A stretch of DNA of 64,000 nucleotides from Candidatus Oxydemutatoraceae bacterium (GTDB lineage Bacteria; Pseudomonadota; Gammaproteobacteria; Poriferisulfidales; Oxydemutatoraceae), in NCBI GenBank assembly GCA_965226235.1, contig OZ245335.1:1066375-1130374 (forward strand), written 5' to 3'. A program made the position numbers and the translations under genes. Each line of letters opens with the position of its first letter. Within the stretch, counting starts at the first letter, position 1. The notes beneath the pieces are model-generated. The model had not been told where the DNA came from. It saw only the letters and a list, made by a program, of their open reading frames with translations, and did no database searches. Positions 52,089 through 62,551 of the stretch are shown one piece after another.

Positions 52089-53151
52089 TACATTCCTCCG
52101 AAGTTGCTGGCAAAGCAAGTTTTGCCAGCAGTTTTCCAACTGGAGCAGGAACGCCCGCGTGGCTGGCATCGCATATTTTATACCAAATGAAATCGTTGCC
52201 GTTCCCAGTGGGGTTTCGTGGCCGCTCTCGTAACCGAATGCCCACGGGATAAATATCGAGACCGAAGTGCGTAAACTCGTGGTGGAGCCTGCTCCAGCGA
52301 TACACTTCAGCACCGACACCAACCTGCCGCCGACACCAGTTGAGCGCGTCATCGCTCCGACCGATTTCCGGCAAACACAACAGCCCACCCCAGATACCGG
52401 TTGCCGGTCGGCGTTGCAGCAACACTTCGTTGTCATAGGTGATCATCAACATGGCGACAGAACGCACCGGCCGGCGGCGTCTGGGGGCCGGCGTCGGGCG
52501 ATCGGCAACACGGCCCTCAATCCTTGCCCTGCAATCCGACGACACCGGGCAATCACCACAGCGTGGTTGCGCGGGGGTGCATAACATCGCCCCCAGATCC
52601 ATGATGGCCTGGGTGTAATCTGCCATACGCTTCCGAGGCAACAGCTCTGCCGACAATGCCCACAAACGCTTCGCTGCCTCAGCCTTCCCGGGCCAACCCT
52701 CGATGTCCCTGTGGCGCGCCAGGATCCGCTTGACGTTGCCGTCAAGGATCGGAAAAGTCTGATCGAAGCAAAGCGCGAGAATCGCCCCCGCGGTCGAGCG
52801 ACCAATGCCCGGCAATTGCCTGAGAAGCTCATACCGGGAGGGTAGCTCACCATTGAACTGCTCGCATAATTGCCTTGCGGCAAGGTGCAGATTCCGACCT
52901 CTGGCATAGTACCCCAGACCAGCCCAGAGCCTCAGAACCTCGTTGGGTGAAGCAGCGGCAAGCACCCTCACCGTCGGGAAACTTGCGATAAAGCGCTCGA
53001 AATAGGGAACGACGGTACGCGCTCGAGTCTGCTGCAACATGATTTCCGACACCCACACCCGGTAGGGGGTCCGATCAAGTTGCCATGGCAGGTCCCTGCG
53101 ACCTTCTCGGTCATACCAGGCAAGCAACCGGTCACTGAAGCTGGCAGACAT
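52078..53151 (-). CDS. mutY: A/G-specific adenine DNA glycosylase
   Basis: HhH-GPD motif ([14 protein letters not shown]), a 4Fe-4S Cys cluster (C.{6}C..C.{5}C) and a NUDIX-like C-terminal domain. Confidence 0.9.
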   Translation of the reverse strand: MSASFSDRLLAWYDREGRRDLPWQLDRTPYRVWVSEIMLQQTRARTVVPYFERFIASFPTVRVLAAASPNEVLRLWAGLGYYARGRNLHLAARQLCEQFNGELPSRYELLRQLPGIGRSTAGAILALCFDQTFPILDGNVKRILARHRDIEGWPGKAEAAKRLWALSAELLPRKRMADYTQAIMDLGAMLCTPAQPRCGDCPVSSDCRARIEGRVADRPTPAPRRRRPVRSVAMLMITYDNEVLLQRRPATGIWGGLLCLPEIGRSDDALNWCRRQVGVGAEVYRWSRLHHEFTHFGLDIYPVGIRLRERPRNPTGNGNDFIWYKICDASHAGVPAPVGKLLAKLALPATSEECNGT

Positions 53152-53276
53152 GCTGGTGCGTGTATCCGCGGATGTACAAATTATTGCCGCTCGGCCGATA
53201 CCCCCGGCGGATAACCTCGAACTACTGTCGGGCCCGCAGCAGCAAGGCCAGCGGGGTGCTGCAACCAGCCGTTATC

Positions 53277-55331
53277 TCAGAAGGGGAGTTTTTTGCCTCC
53301 AAAAATCGAACCAATGCCCTCCTTGATGCGATCCTTGACCGTATCGACAACACGGTCTTTGTCTTGCAGAAGTTCCTCTGTGTTTTCCCCCAGTACCCTC
53401 TGGACTCCCTCCTCAATCAACTCTTTGGCCGCCTTGCGCACTACGCCCAAATCCAGTGAGTAGTCGATATCATCAAACGGCCCGCTGATCCTGATCGCAA
53501 GGGGAAGATTTGGCTGCGCCCGACCCGATTTACATGTTGCGGAACACAAGCCCGTCTGTATCCTGTAATCGACTCGCGCGGAGACGAGGTCAATATCACC
53601 TGCTCCCTGCGCGCGCAGAAAGGGCATGTCGATCTGCAAATCGTCGTTTTTAGCGACGCCCTGCTTCAGGTCGAAACTTGCATTGATGCGATCCAGCACT
53701 ACCTCGTCACCGGAATTTTTGCGCGGTCTCTTTTCCAGAAAAGCGATCGCGCGCTCGAGATTCGCCGCAAGCTTCGGCTCTTTCAACCCGCCTTCCACGA
53801 TAGACAGCTCGACCTGTCCATCGAGCGATTTCGTCAGGGCTTGCGCGTCGTCACCACTGGCTCGCAGTTGCCAGGACAGGCCTCCGGTACCTCTTACCGC
53901 CCACGTATCCTCCGGCGCAAACGCCGTAATGACCCGTGCGAGATCAACGCCGTCCGCTCTGCCCTGGGCAGACCACCGCGTCGCCCCTCCCTCGCGCCCC
54001 GCTTGAATCGATGCATTGCCGTCGACCTTCCCGCCAAAAACCATCGCTACCAATCTGGAGACATCGATCCTGCCACCGTGGGAAGCAACTTCGGTATGCA
54101 GATCATCTATGGGAAGCTCGAGGGGCATGGCGGAAGCCTCGACCTCGTCCGGTGGCGGCAAGTACTTTGCCACATCGATGGAATCCACATCAGCGGCAAG
54201 TTTCATCTGCAGCATCGGTGCCCAGGCGACCTCACCCTGCACCTGCAAGCGGCTGTCGTCGAGCGTCATCGCCAACTGACGGATCGTAGCAGTGACCTGC
54301 TCTCCATCCAGGACTGCAGCAAGGTCTCCTGAAGCGGAAAATTGCTGGAACGCCTGCCTGCTACGGGTCTGTGGCAATTCGACCTGCAGGATCCGTGTCA
54401 AATCACGAAGATTGAAAGTGTTGCTGTTGACCTTCAGATCCATGGTACGTCGCGAGGAGAGCAGCCCGGCGATCGAGCCGTCCATGTCAATGTGCGCTTC
54501 ACCGAGGTCTACGCCAGCCTGTTCGAGCAGCAACCGGTCCTGCGCCAGGTCAAAAACGGCGCTGGCTACAAGCCTGGCATCCACAGCAGGGTCGTCGCCA
54601 CGCTGAAAGCTTCCCCTGGCATCCAGGTTTTCCATGTTGATCCGTTCAAGGGAAGGATCGATCATGATCGAACCGGCCAGATCCATGCTGACAGAGAACC
54701 CGCGGGAATGGTCAAGCATCGAGCCATGCAAACGAACCGCAGTTGGGTTGCCCGGTGCGATCGCTCCGACTTCCAGGTTCAGTTGGTCCACCTGAACATG
54801 CTCCTGAGTGCGCTCGTCACGCCACACCACACCGGCACCGGTAACCGAGATCCCGACAAGGCTCAAGCCGGGAAGGATGGACATCAAGTCGAAGGATGCG
54901 TCTTCTGGCGCAGCAGAATCCGCAGACGATTCTCCCTCCCAGTTATTCCGTCCATCAGAGGCAACAAGCAGCGAGACCTGTGGTTCGGACAAAGTGATCT
55001 TTCCAATTTCCAGCCGTCTCTGCAACAGCGGCCAAAGCTTGAGTTGAGCCGACGCACGCTGGATAAAAACAAGCTCCTCCTCGAACGGTGCCGGACTATC
55101 GATTGATATCCGCGCAACATCCAGACTGATAACAGGAAACAAATCCAGCTTGATTTCACCTCCGATGTCGATCGTATACCCTGTTGCCTGCTCCGCTACA
55201 GTCGCTATCTGCTGTTTGTACTGATTTGGATCTATGCTGATTGCTACCAGCAACAAGGCGACGACAAGCACCACGGCAATGGCGCCGAAACCAATGAGCA
55301 GACGTATGATAATTTTGGGGCCTTTGGACAT
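53277..55331 (-). CDS. asmA: AsmA-family outer-membrane assembly protein
   Basis: N-terminal TM anchor followed by AsmA-like repeats. The start was chosen at MSKGPKII. Confidence 0.8.
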   Translation of the reverse strand: MSKGPKIIIRLLIGFGAIAVVLVVALLLVAISIDPNQYKQQIATVAEQATGYTIDIGGEIKLDLFPVISLDVARISIDSPAPFEEELVFIQRASAQLKLWPLLQRRLEIGKITLSEPQVSLLVASDGRNNWEGESSADSAAPEDASFDLMSILPGLSLVGISVTGAGVVWRDERTQEHVQVDQLNLEVGAIAPGNPTAVRLHGSMLDHSRGFSVSMDLAGSIMIDPSLERINMENLDARGSFQRGDDPAVDARLVASAVFDLAQDRLLLEQAGVDLGEAHIDMDGSIAGLLSSRRTMDLKVNSNTFNLRDLTRILQVELPQTRSRQAFQQFSASGDLAAVLDGEQVTATIRQLAMTLDDSRLQVQGEVAWAPMLQMKLAADVDSIDVAKYLPPPDEVEASAMPLELPIDDLHTEVASHGGRIDVSRLVAMVFGGKVDGNASIQAGREGGATRWSAQGRADGVDLARVITAFAPEDTWAVRGTGGLSWQLRASGDDAQALTKSLDGQVELSIVEGGLKEPKLAANLERAIAFLEKRPRKNSGDEVVLDRINASFDLKQGVAKNDDLQIDMPFLRAQGAGDIDLVSARVDYRIQTGLCSATCKSGRAQPNLPLAIRISGPFDDIDYSLDLGVVRKAAKELIEEGVQRVLGENTEELLQDKDRVVDTVKDRIKEGIGSIFGGKKLPF

Positions 55332-55342
55332 TGTGTTCAGAC

Positions 55343-55846
55343 TCACCCCCGATGAACGAGGGGCTTTCTGTCCGGGTTTTCCCAGTCGCCAGACTTGCCG
55401 CCCGATTTTTTCAACAGACAGACATCGGTAATCGTCATGCCGCGATCTGCTGATTTGCACATATCATAAACGGTTAACAGCGCGGTTTGCACGGCGAACA
55501 ACGCCTCCATCTCGACCCCCGTGCGGGCGTGTGTCCGAACCTCTGCCTCGCACACGACGCACGCAGGATCGTCACGAGTCTTGAACTCGACGGCAACCGA
55601 CGACAGCGGTAACGGGTGACACAGCGGTACAAGATCGGCCGTCCTTTTGCATGCCATAATCCCCGCGATCCTGGCCACCGCCAGCACGTCACCTTTCTTG
55701 CCTCCCCCCGATTGAATCAACCCCAGTGTTTCAGGCAACATCAGAATGATCCCCGACGCCACCGCTATCCGATGCGTTACCAGCTTCGACCCAACATCAA
55801 CCATGTGCGCTTCTCCGTGCTGGCTCAAATGCGTTAGCTTGCTCAT
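55343..55846 (-). CDS. moaC: Cyclic pyranopterin monophosphate synthase accessory protein
   Basis: [151 protein letters not shown] is E. coli MoaC, and the ORF matches it colinearly. Confidence 0.9.
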   Translation of the reverse strand: MSKLTHLSQHGEAHMVDVGSKLVTHRIAVASGIILMLPETLGLIQSGGGKKGDVLAVARIAGIMACKRTADLVPLCHPLPLSSVAVEFKTRDDPACVVCEAEVRTHARTGVEMEALFAVQTALLTVYDMCKSADRGMTITDVCLLKKSGGKSGDWENPDRKPLVHRG

Positions 55847-55924
55847 TGATTTACTGTGCTACAGTCGGGTGGGTTGGAAGTGTAACACTTGGGAGGAAGT
55901 CCATTCGGGCCACGGACCACGAGA

Positions 55925-56152
55925 ATGATCACTGTCAAGTATTTTGCAAGCCTGAAAGAGCGGCTCGGCAAACCCGAGGATCATTTCGACGCGACAACGT
56001 TACGCACTGTGGAAGATGTGTGGAAAAAAGCCACGGGAAATATTCCCTTGGAAAATGTCCTGTGCGCGGTTAACCAGGAATACGCACCAATCAGCGCGAG
56101 CGTGCGGGACGGAGATGAAATTGCATTTTTCCCGCCTGTCACCGGTGGGTGA
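55925..56152 (+). CDS. moaD: Molybdopterin synthase sulfur-carrier subunit
   Basis: MITVKYFASLKERLG ... C-terminal GG. It is divergent from moaC. Confidence 0.75.
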   Translation: MITVKYFASLKERLGKPEDHFDATTLRTVEDVWKKATGNIPLENVLCAVNQEYAPISASVRDGDEIAFFPPVTGG

Positions 56153-56155
56153 TGG

Positions 56156-57520
56156 TCAGCGCAATGCGAGAAACAGATTGCGCCCACCACGGTGAAGTTG
56201 CAGCAAAATCGGTTGGGTAGGTGAAATTGCGCGGCGAAAATCGTCAAAATCATCTATGTGCACACGGGCTACCGTGAGGATCAGGTCTCCCTGGCGCAGG
56301 CCTTGCTGGAAAACTTCGCTGTTGGGGTCGATACCTTTTACCAGCACCACGTGCTCGACATCGAGATCAGCAGCAGCTTTCGTGAGTTGCAACACCGCCC
56401 CACCAAGACGCTGATCCAGTTTTTCGCCTTCGATCGTTTCTTCCTTTAATGCTTCGATCATGGCGGTAATCTCCAGGATGCGATCACCGCGCAACACTTC
56501 GATCGAAATTTTCGAACCGGTCCTGAGCAAGCCGATATAATTGCGCATATCAGCGACATTCCTGGTTGGCTTGCCATTGATCGACAGGACAATGTCTCCA
56601 ACTTCGAGGTCGGCTTTTTCCGCTGCCGAGCCCGGATAGACCATCGCAATCACAACCCCGTAATCACGCTCGGTGCCAAAAGCTTTGGCCAGATCAGGGG
56701 TCAGCGACTGTACCGCAACACCCAGCAAGCCACGCCTGACTTCACCGAATTCAAGCAACTGTCCGGCAACATCCATCGCCATGTTGATCGGTATGGCGAA
56801 CCCGATACCGATGTTGCCACCGTTGGGGCCCAGGATCGCGGTATTGATGCCGACCAACTCGCCGGCAAGGTTTACCAACGCGCCACCGGAATTGCCTCGG
56901 TTGATCGACGCGTCGGTTTGAATGAAATCTTCATAGGACTCGATCCCCAGACCGCTTCTCCCAAGCGCGCTGACAATGCCCGACGTAACGCTTTGCGTCA
57001 AACCAAAAGGGTTGCCTATGGCAACCACAAAATCGCCGACACGCAGTCGTTCAGAGTCGCCGATGAGAATTTCTGCCAGATCTTCCGCGTCTATTTTCAA
57101 AATGGCTATGTCGGTACCAGGATCCGAGCCGATCACCTCGGCATCAAAGCGTCTGCCGTCCGACAAAGCCACGACAATATTTTGTGCGCCCCGGATGACA
57201 TGGTGGTTGGTAATGACATGCCCTTGTTCGGCGTCGATGATGACGCCCGACCCCGAGCCGCCACGCTTTCTTTCCTGTGGTGGCAACGATTCGCCAAAAA
57301 ACCTGCGAAAGAACGGATCCTGGAAGGGTAATCGCTGCGGCACCAGGATGGTCGATTCGGTCTCAATGTGCACCCCCGACGGCAGCACCGACTCGAGCAT
57401 TGGCGCAAGCGTCGGTAATTGCGCGTTGCCTGGGTTGCTGGCAGCGGTGCCTGGAACCAACAGCACGGCGCACACGGCCAACGCGCCGACCTGCGGGTAT
57501 CCGGATGGTATCAAACCCAT
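56156..57520 (-). CDS. degQ: Periplasmic serine endoprotease DegQ/DegP (HtrA family)
   Basis: Signal peptide, trypsin-like catalytic motifs (GNSGGAL) and two PDZ-like regions. Confidence 0.88.
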   Translation of the reverse strand: MGLIPSGYPQVGALAVCAVLLVPGTAASNPGNAQLPTLAPMLESVLPSGVHIETESTILVPQRLPFQDPFFRRFFGESLPPQERKRGGSGSGVIIDAEQGHVITNHHVIRGAQNIVVALSDGRRFDAEVIGSDPGTDIAILKIDAEDLAEILIGDSERLRVGDFVVAIGNPFGLTQSVTSGIVSALGRSGLGIESYEDFIQTDASINRGNSGGALVNLAGELVGINTAILGPNGGNIGIGFAIPINMAMDVAGQLLEFGEVRRGLLGVAVQSLTPDLAKAFGTERDYGVVIAMVYPGSAAEKADLEVGDIVLSINGKPTRNVADMRNYIGLLRTGSKISIEVLRGDRILEITAMIEALKEETIEGEKLDQRLGGAVLQLTKAAADLDVEHVVLVKGIDPNSEVFQQGLRQGDLILTVARVHIDDFDDFRRAISPTQPILLQLHRGGRNLFLALR

Positions 57521-57643
57521 GACCGAAGACGAAACGTATTACACCGACCCATGAAAGTAAGGGGTCAATAAAGAGTAATGCGATTATAAAGTTTACACAC
57601 GGGATTTAATCCTGTAAGATACCTCTAACATTAGGAGGTATTT

Positions 57644-58501
57644 ATGAAATCCGTCACAGTTCAACAGTTCTTTAAACAGTTTCCCGATGACAATGCCTGT
57701 CTTGGATTCCTTATGCGCAAGCATTACGGGGAAGAGCTGGACTGTCCGCATTGCGGCGAACATCACAAGTTTTACCGCATCAAGCGTCACCCTGCCTATA
57801 AGTGTGGAGGCTGTGGGTATGAAATCTATCCAATGAAAAACACTATCTTTGCAGGCTCCCACACACCCTTGCAAAAGTGGTTTTATGCCATCTACCTCTT
57901 TACTACCACAAGACACGGAGTGCCCGCCTTGGAACTTCACAGGCAGCTTGGGGTAGCATATCCAACTGCTTTGAGAATGGCTCATAAGATACGTGAGCAC
58001 ATGGCCGACACAGACGGAGACAACCCTCTTGATGGCGATGTAGAAATTGATGAGACGTATATCGGTGGTAAGGTCTCTGGTGGTAAGCGTGGGCGTGGTG
58101 CTCCTAACAAGACGATTGCATTTGGCATGCTGGGCAGGGATGGTGATGTAATGACCAAGGTAGTCCCGAACGTCAAAAAACATACCTTGCAGCCAATTAT
58201 CAAGGAAAATGTCAAGCAAGGCAGCACAGTCCATACCGATGAGCTTCGTTCTTATTCTGGCCTTCACAAGGAAGGGTTTGAGCATAAGAAGGTGAATCAT
58301 GGTGCTGGTAAATGGGTAAGCGGTGGAAGTCATGTCAACCGTATTGAAGGCTTTTGGGCGCGCCTCAAGTTGAGTAGTCGAGGCACACATATTCATGTCT
58401 CTAGGCGTCATCTTCGGAAGTATCTGAAAGAGTTTGAGTTTCGCTACAACTATCGGGACAAACCCGAGCAGATGTTCCATGCTTTGTTGAAGACCCTGTA
58501 G
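57644..58501 (+). mobile_element. IS1595-family transposase gene (ISXO2-like DDE domain with an N-terminal zinc ribbon). The element boundaries are not resolved.
   Basis: CPHCGEHHKFYRIK...CGGCGYE zinc ribbon and ...VEIDETYIGGK...; a perfect AGGAGG RBS lies upstream of the ATG. Confidence 0.8.
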
Positions 58502-58622
58502 CAATTGCATTCAGTATTTGCCAGAAACGCCCGTCCGCTACGGATGGGTGTTCCTTAGAAAAGCGATCCAGCTTGCCTTTCTTACGTGCCTCTTCGAGGC
58601 TTAGATACTTGCCTATAGCCAT

Positions 58623-59165
58623 CTACCCGTCACCGTTATCGCCCGTCGAAGCATATATTGCCAACACGTATTCAATAATTTCCTTACTGTATTTGTTAGT
58701 CCTTTTAACTGGAAGATCACCTGCTTCTATTCTATAAAGGAATCCTTTGGCTGCATCCCTTTCATACGTATTTTGATATATCTCTTCTCCGCTAGGAGAA
58801 ACCTTGATGTTTGGGAAATTATTTTCACTTATAGCATCAAACACAGTTTTAGCTTTTTTCTTTCTTCGGGGACTGTTTTTCATTACAACAGCTGAGTTTC
58901 TTATGATATTCAACGCTTCTCGTTTGCTAATCCAAGTTTTTGTAACGGGAATTTTTACAAATTGTTTGGCCCCCTCTTTGAAAGAAATTCTGCCTGAAGC
59001 CCATGCTTTAATTTCAGGAAAAGCAAAAATCACCAGAAGCGATGCTGCAATACAAAAACTAGCTATATTAATTACCAGACTATAATTTAGAAAAATTTCA
59101 CTCAAGATTTGTGCTCCAAAATAATCCATGAGCCAAAACCAAAACAGAATAGTGTGTCTTCGCAT
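58623..59165 (-). CDS. Hypothetical membrane protein (two predicted TM helices plus a Lys-rich soluble domain), encoded in very AT-rich DNA next to the IS1595 copy
   Basis: ORF with hydrophobic segments (ILFWFWLMDYFGAQI, IASFCIAASLLVIFAF). GC content is far below the surroundings. Confidence 0.45.
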   Translation of the reverse strand: MRRHTILFWFWLMDYFGAQILSEIFLNYSLVINIASFCIAASLLVIFAFPEIKAWASGRISFKEGAKQFVKIPVTKTWISKREALNIIRNSAVVMKNSPRRKKKAKTVFDAISENNFPNIKVSPSGEEIYQNTYERDAAKGFLYRIEAGDLPVKRTNKYSKEIIEYVLAIYASTGDNGDG

Positions 59166-59315
59166 ACACGCATACTAGCCACCCACGTTCCGTGTGTCAA
59201 CTTTATAATCGCGAAGAGTAATGAAAAAAACTGCCCGGATGCATCCTTGCCGACAGGCAACGCATGGAAGCGCCACGTATTCGCGAGACGCTTCCATGGT
59301 GCATTGTGACCAACC

Positions 59316-59738
59316 TCACTGCTGCTCTTCGATGAGAATTTTCCGGGACTGCACCTCCGGGACCTTTTCTACATGGACTTCGACCACTCCATTTTTGATC
59401 CTGGCGCTGATGCTGTCCCTGTTGGCCGACTCCGGTAAGGTAAAGGACCGTCTGAACAGACCGTCGACCCTTTCGATATAGGTGTACCCCTCGTGCTTTT
59501 CCTCGCCGTGCTCGTGCCGTTGCCCGGATACCACCAATTGATCGCCGTTGACTTCAATGTCGATATCTTCTTTTCCGACACCGGGCAAATCCATACGGAA
59601 CAGCCAGGCGTTTTCTTTCTCGACAATGTCTGCGGCCGGGGTCATGTAGCACCGTTCATGATCCTGTGGCGCGACCGCGAACAACGGCTCCCACAATGGG
59701 CTGGCCAGACTGAAAAAAGAATTTTGCTTCATCTCCAT
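59316..59738 (-). CDS. Hsp20-family small heat-shock protein
   Basis: Alpha-crystallin domain (PAADIVEKENAWLFRMDLPGVGKEDIDIEV...GVVEVHVEK). The start was chosen at MEMKQNSFF. Confidence 0.85.
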   Translation of the reverse strand: MEMKQNSFFSLASPLWEPLFAVAPQDHERCYMTPAADIVEKENAWLFRMDLPGVGKEDIDIEVNGDQLVVSGQRHEHGEEKHEGYTYIERVDGLFRRSFTLPESANRDSISARIKNGVVEVHVEKVPEVQSRKILIEEQQ

Positions 59739-59834
59739 TTTTCCCTCCTTGATATGCAAGTGATTGCTTATCCGTTTTATGAGGGCTATCACAAAAAAAT
59801 CAATACGTCCCGCGGCAACCGACCCGCTCCGGCT

Positions 59835-60347
59835 TCATCGGGCCTTCGATTCAAAACGACCCGCAGCACGGTTTTTCAATACCTGGTCCGGCTCAAAAAT
59901 CTCTCCGTTCATCGCGATATAAACGCCGGGGGGTAACAACCGAACGGCACCGACGGCAAAGCCGAGGTTGAAATCAGCATCGGTGTCCTTGAACCTGGCG
60001 GGCAACATCGCACCAGTGAGAAGGATGGTTTTTTCCGTCTGCGCTCCAAGCGCCGTGGCGGTATCCACCATGGTGTCGGTGCCGTGCGTAATCACAAAAT
60101 ACCTGCCATCGCTGGCTTCGACTGTCTCCTTTATCTGACGCCTGTCGGCATCGTCCATGTCCAGGCTGTCTTTTCGTATCAGCGTTTTGATACGGTACTC
60201 GAATCCGACACCCGCTCGTTGAAGAATTCCTGCGGCTTGTGGTTCCCCGATCCGGTAATCGCTCAGCGCATCGTGGTACACCTTGTCAAAAGTGCCGCCC
60301 GTCGCAAGAATGATGATCTTCCCTGCTCTCACCCTGCACACCTCCAT
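59835..60347 (-). CDS. Asparaginase-domain protein (short type I L-asparaginase-like)
   Basis: KIIILATGGTF...ITHGTDTM motifs. The start was chosen at MEVCRVRAGKIIIL. Confidence 0.7.
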   Translation of the reverse strand: MEVCRVRAGKIIILATGGTFDKVYHDALSDYRIGEPQAAGILQRAGVGFEYRIKTLIRKDSLDMDDADRRQIKETVEASDGRYFVITHGTDTMVDTATALGAQTEKTILLTGAMLPARFKDTDADFNLGFAVGAVRLLPPGVYIAMNGEIFEPDQVLKNRAAGRFESKAR

Positions 60348-60718
60348 GCTTCGCTGCTGCCCCTGCCAGACCGCATTGTAACGCCAGCGACATGCAGCGG
60401 ATGGCGCGGCAAAGACAACAACCTCTCGCTGCCGCAAGGATCGGGATATGCCGGTCTTCGATAAAGATATGCCATCATTTCATAACTGCCGAGTGTGGCA
60501 GACGCGTGCCGCACACACTTATATTAGCTCTACACATAGCTTTCGCCACCGCGAGAAATCATTCCGCCACCGCTTCGGGCAGTTTTTGGCCAGGCGCTGA
60601 AGCGGGCACGGGTGATATATCATCCATCGTAATTTCTTTCAGAGGAAAAGGCCATGAAAACTACTAAAGAAAACCAATTCGACTTCGTTGAGAAACGGTT
60701 TTTTCATTTGGAGGATGC

Positions 60719-61057
60719 ATGAAGCTCGTAACTGCAATAATCAAACCCGGCAAACTCAATGACGTGCGTGATGCGCTGACAGGTATCGGCGTTCAGGGCA
60801 TCACCACCAGCGGGGTAAAAGGCTTCGGGCGCCAGAAAGGCCACACGGAGTTGTACCGGGGGGCGGAATATAAAATCGACTTTCTGAACAAAGTCAAAAT
60901 TGATGTCGCCATACCGGACACTTTGTTGGATAAAACAATCGAAGCGATCTCCCAGACCGCCCGTAGCGGTGAAATCGGAGATGGAAAAATCTTTGTCGCC
61001 AACCTGCAGCAGGTCGTACGAATTCGTACCGGTGAGACCGGCGAAGAAGCCATATAA
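60719..61057 (+). CDS. glnK: Nitrogen regulatory protein P-II
   Basis: MKLVTAIIKPGKLNDVRDAL...RGAEY (T-loop) and the B-loop GDGKIFV. Confidence 0.93.
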   Translation: MKLVTAIIKPGKLNDVRDALTGIGVQGITTSGVKGFGRQKGHTELYRGAEYKIDFLNKVKIDVAIPDTLLDKTIEAISQTARSGEIGDGKIFVANLQQVVRIRTGETGEEAI

Positions 61058-61080
61058 CAGGTAATCCAGGAGAAAAACCA

Positions 61081-62325
61081 ATGGAAATGCAAATTTTTGA
61101 ACTGCAGTATGCGCTGAACACATTTTATTTTTTGGTGTGCGGCGCGCTCGTGATGTGGATGGCCGCCGGCTTTGCCATGCTCGAGGCTGGCTTGGTTCGA
61201 GCCAAGAACACCACTGAAATCCTGACCAAGAACATCAGCCTGTTCGCGGTAGCCTGCACCATGTACATGGTTTGCGGCTACGCGATCATGTATCCGGAAT
61301 CGGGAACGCTCTTTCTGAGCGGCATCGGCGCGGACGGCGTCGAGGGCGGAAGCACTTACGCGCCTTCCGCAGATTTCTTTTTCCAGGTAGTCTTTGTCGC
61401 CACGGCAATGTCAATTGTTTCGGGTGCTGTAGCCGAACGGATGAAGCTTTGGGCATTTCTTCTGTTTGCCGTAGTCATGACGGGATTTATCTACCCCGTA
61501 GAGGGCAACTGGACCTGGGGCGGAGAAGCCGTGTTCGGGCTGTACACCCTGGGAGACCTCGGGTTCTCTGACTTCGCCGGCTCCGGTATCGTGCACATGG
61601 CAGGAGCCTCTGCCGCCCTGGCCGGCGTCATGCTGCTGGGCGCCCGGGCAGGGAAATACGGAAACGACGGCAAACCCCGCGCCATTCCGGGTGCCAACAT
61701 GCCGCTGGCGACCCTGGGTACGTTCATTCTTTGGTTGGGCTGGTTCGGCTTCAATGGTGGTTCGGTGCTGGCAACTGCCTCGACGGAATCGGCAAACAGC
61801 GTCGCGATTGTGTTTCTGAATACCAACGCCGCCGCGGGAGGGGGGCTGATCGCGGCACTGATTACCGCCCGCCTGCTGTTTGGCAAAGCCGACCTGACCA
61901 TGGCATTGAATGGCACGCTGGCTGGGTTGGTGGCAATTACTGCCGAGCCTTCGACACCAACCGCGCTGCAGGCTGTACTGTTCGGTGGCCTGGGCGGCCT
62001 GCTGGTGGTTTTTTCCATCCTGTTCCTGGAAAAGATGAAAATCGACGATCCGGTCGGCGCAATCTCGGTACACGGTACCGTCGGACTACTCGGGTTGCTG
62101 TTGGTGCCCATCACCAACGAGGGCTCAAGTTTCAGTGGTCAGATAATCGGCGCGGCAACGATTTTCGTGTGGGTCTTCGTTGTGAGCCTGATCACCTGGT
62201 TCATCATCAAGAGCATCATCGGGCTACGCGTTTCCGAGCAGGAAGAACTGGACGGAGTCGACCAGGTGGAGTGCGGCATACAAGCCTATCCGGAATTCAC
62301 CGCAAGTGGCGGTAGCGCATCGTAA
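61081..62325 (+). CDS. amtB: Ammonium transporter
   Basis: Amt/MEP family with ~11 TM helices, paired with glnK. Confidence 0.93.
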   Translation: MEMQIFELQYALNTFYFLVCGALVMWMAAGFAMLEAGLVRAKNTTEILTKNISLFAVACTMYMVCGYAIMYPESGTLFLSGIGADGVEGGSTYAPSADFFFQVVFVATAMSIVSGAVAERMKLWAFLLFAVVMTGFIYPVEGNWTWGGEAVFGLYTLGDLGFSDFAGSGIVHMAGASAALAGVMLLGARAGKYGNDGKPRAIPGANMPLATLGTFILWLGWFGFNGGSVLATASTESANSVAIVFLNTNAAAGGGLIAALITARLLFGKADLTMALNGTLAGLVAITAEPSTPTALQAVLFGGLGGLLVVFSILFLEKMKIDDPVGAISVHGTVGLLGLLLVPITNEGSSFSGQIIGAATIFVWVFVVSLITWFIIKSIIGLRVSEQEELDGVDQVECGIQAYPEFTASGGSAS

Positions 62326-62551
62326 CCGCACGGATCTCATGGCAAGGCCCTATTGACTCGACGCGTTCAACAGGGCTTTGACCTTGCCGGATGTCCGGCA
62401 GCAGAAAAAGCAGTGGCAAGGGGCTGCGGAACCGGCCTCGGCAACTCGTCCAGACAGTCTCCAGGCAGGTCTGGGCGCAGGACTTTGGCGGCGAACCGAG
62501 GTCTACGGTAACAGCGTCAAGCAAGGGTGGCTTCGGTCGAATCCACCGATT

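Noticed and set aside
58401-58622. 73-aa minus-strand ORF (MAIGKYLSLEEARKKGKLDRFSKEHP...) immediately downstream of the AT-rich membrane-protein gene
   Set aside because: It overlaps the 3' end of the IS1595 transposase gene in antisense and most likely lies within the IS right end. No family was recognised, so it is kept only as a note.
59200-59298. Inverted repeat CCATGGAAGCG...CGCTTCCATGG (11-bp stem, 16-nt loop) and a T7 run downstream of hsp20
   Set aside because: It is plausibly the hsp20 terminator region. However, the long loop and the separation between the stem and the U-run make a confident intrinsic-terminator call impossible by eye.
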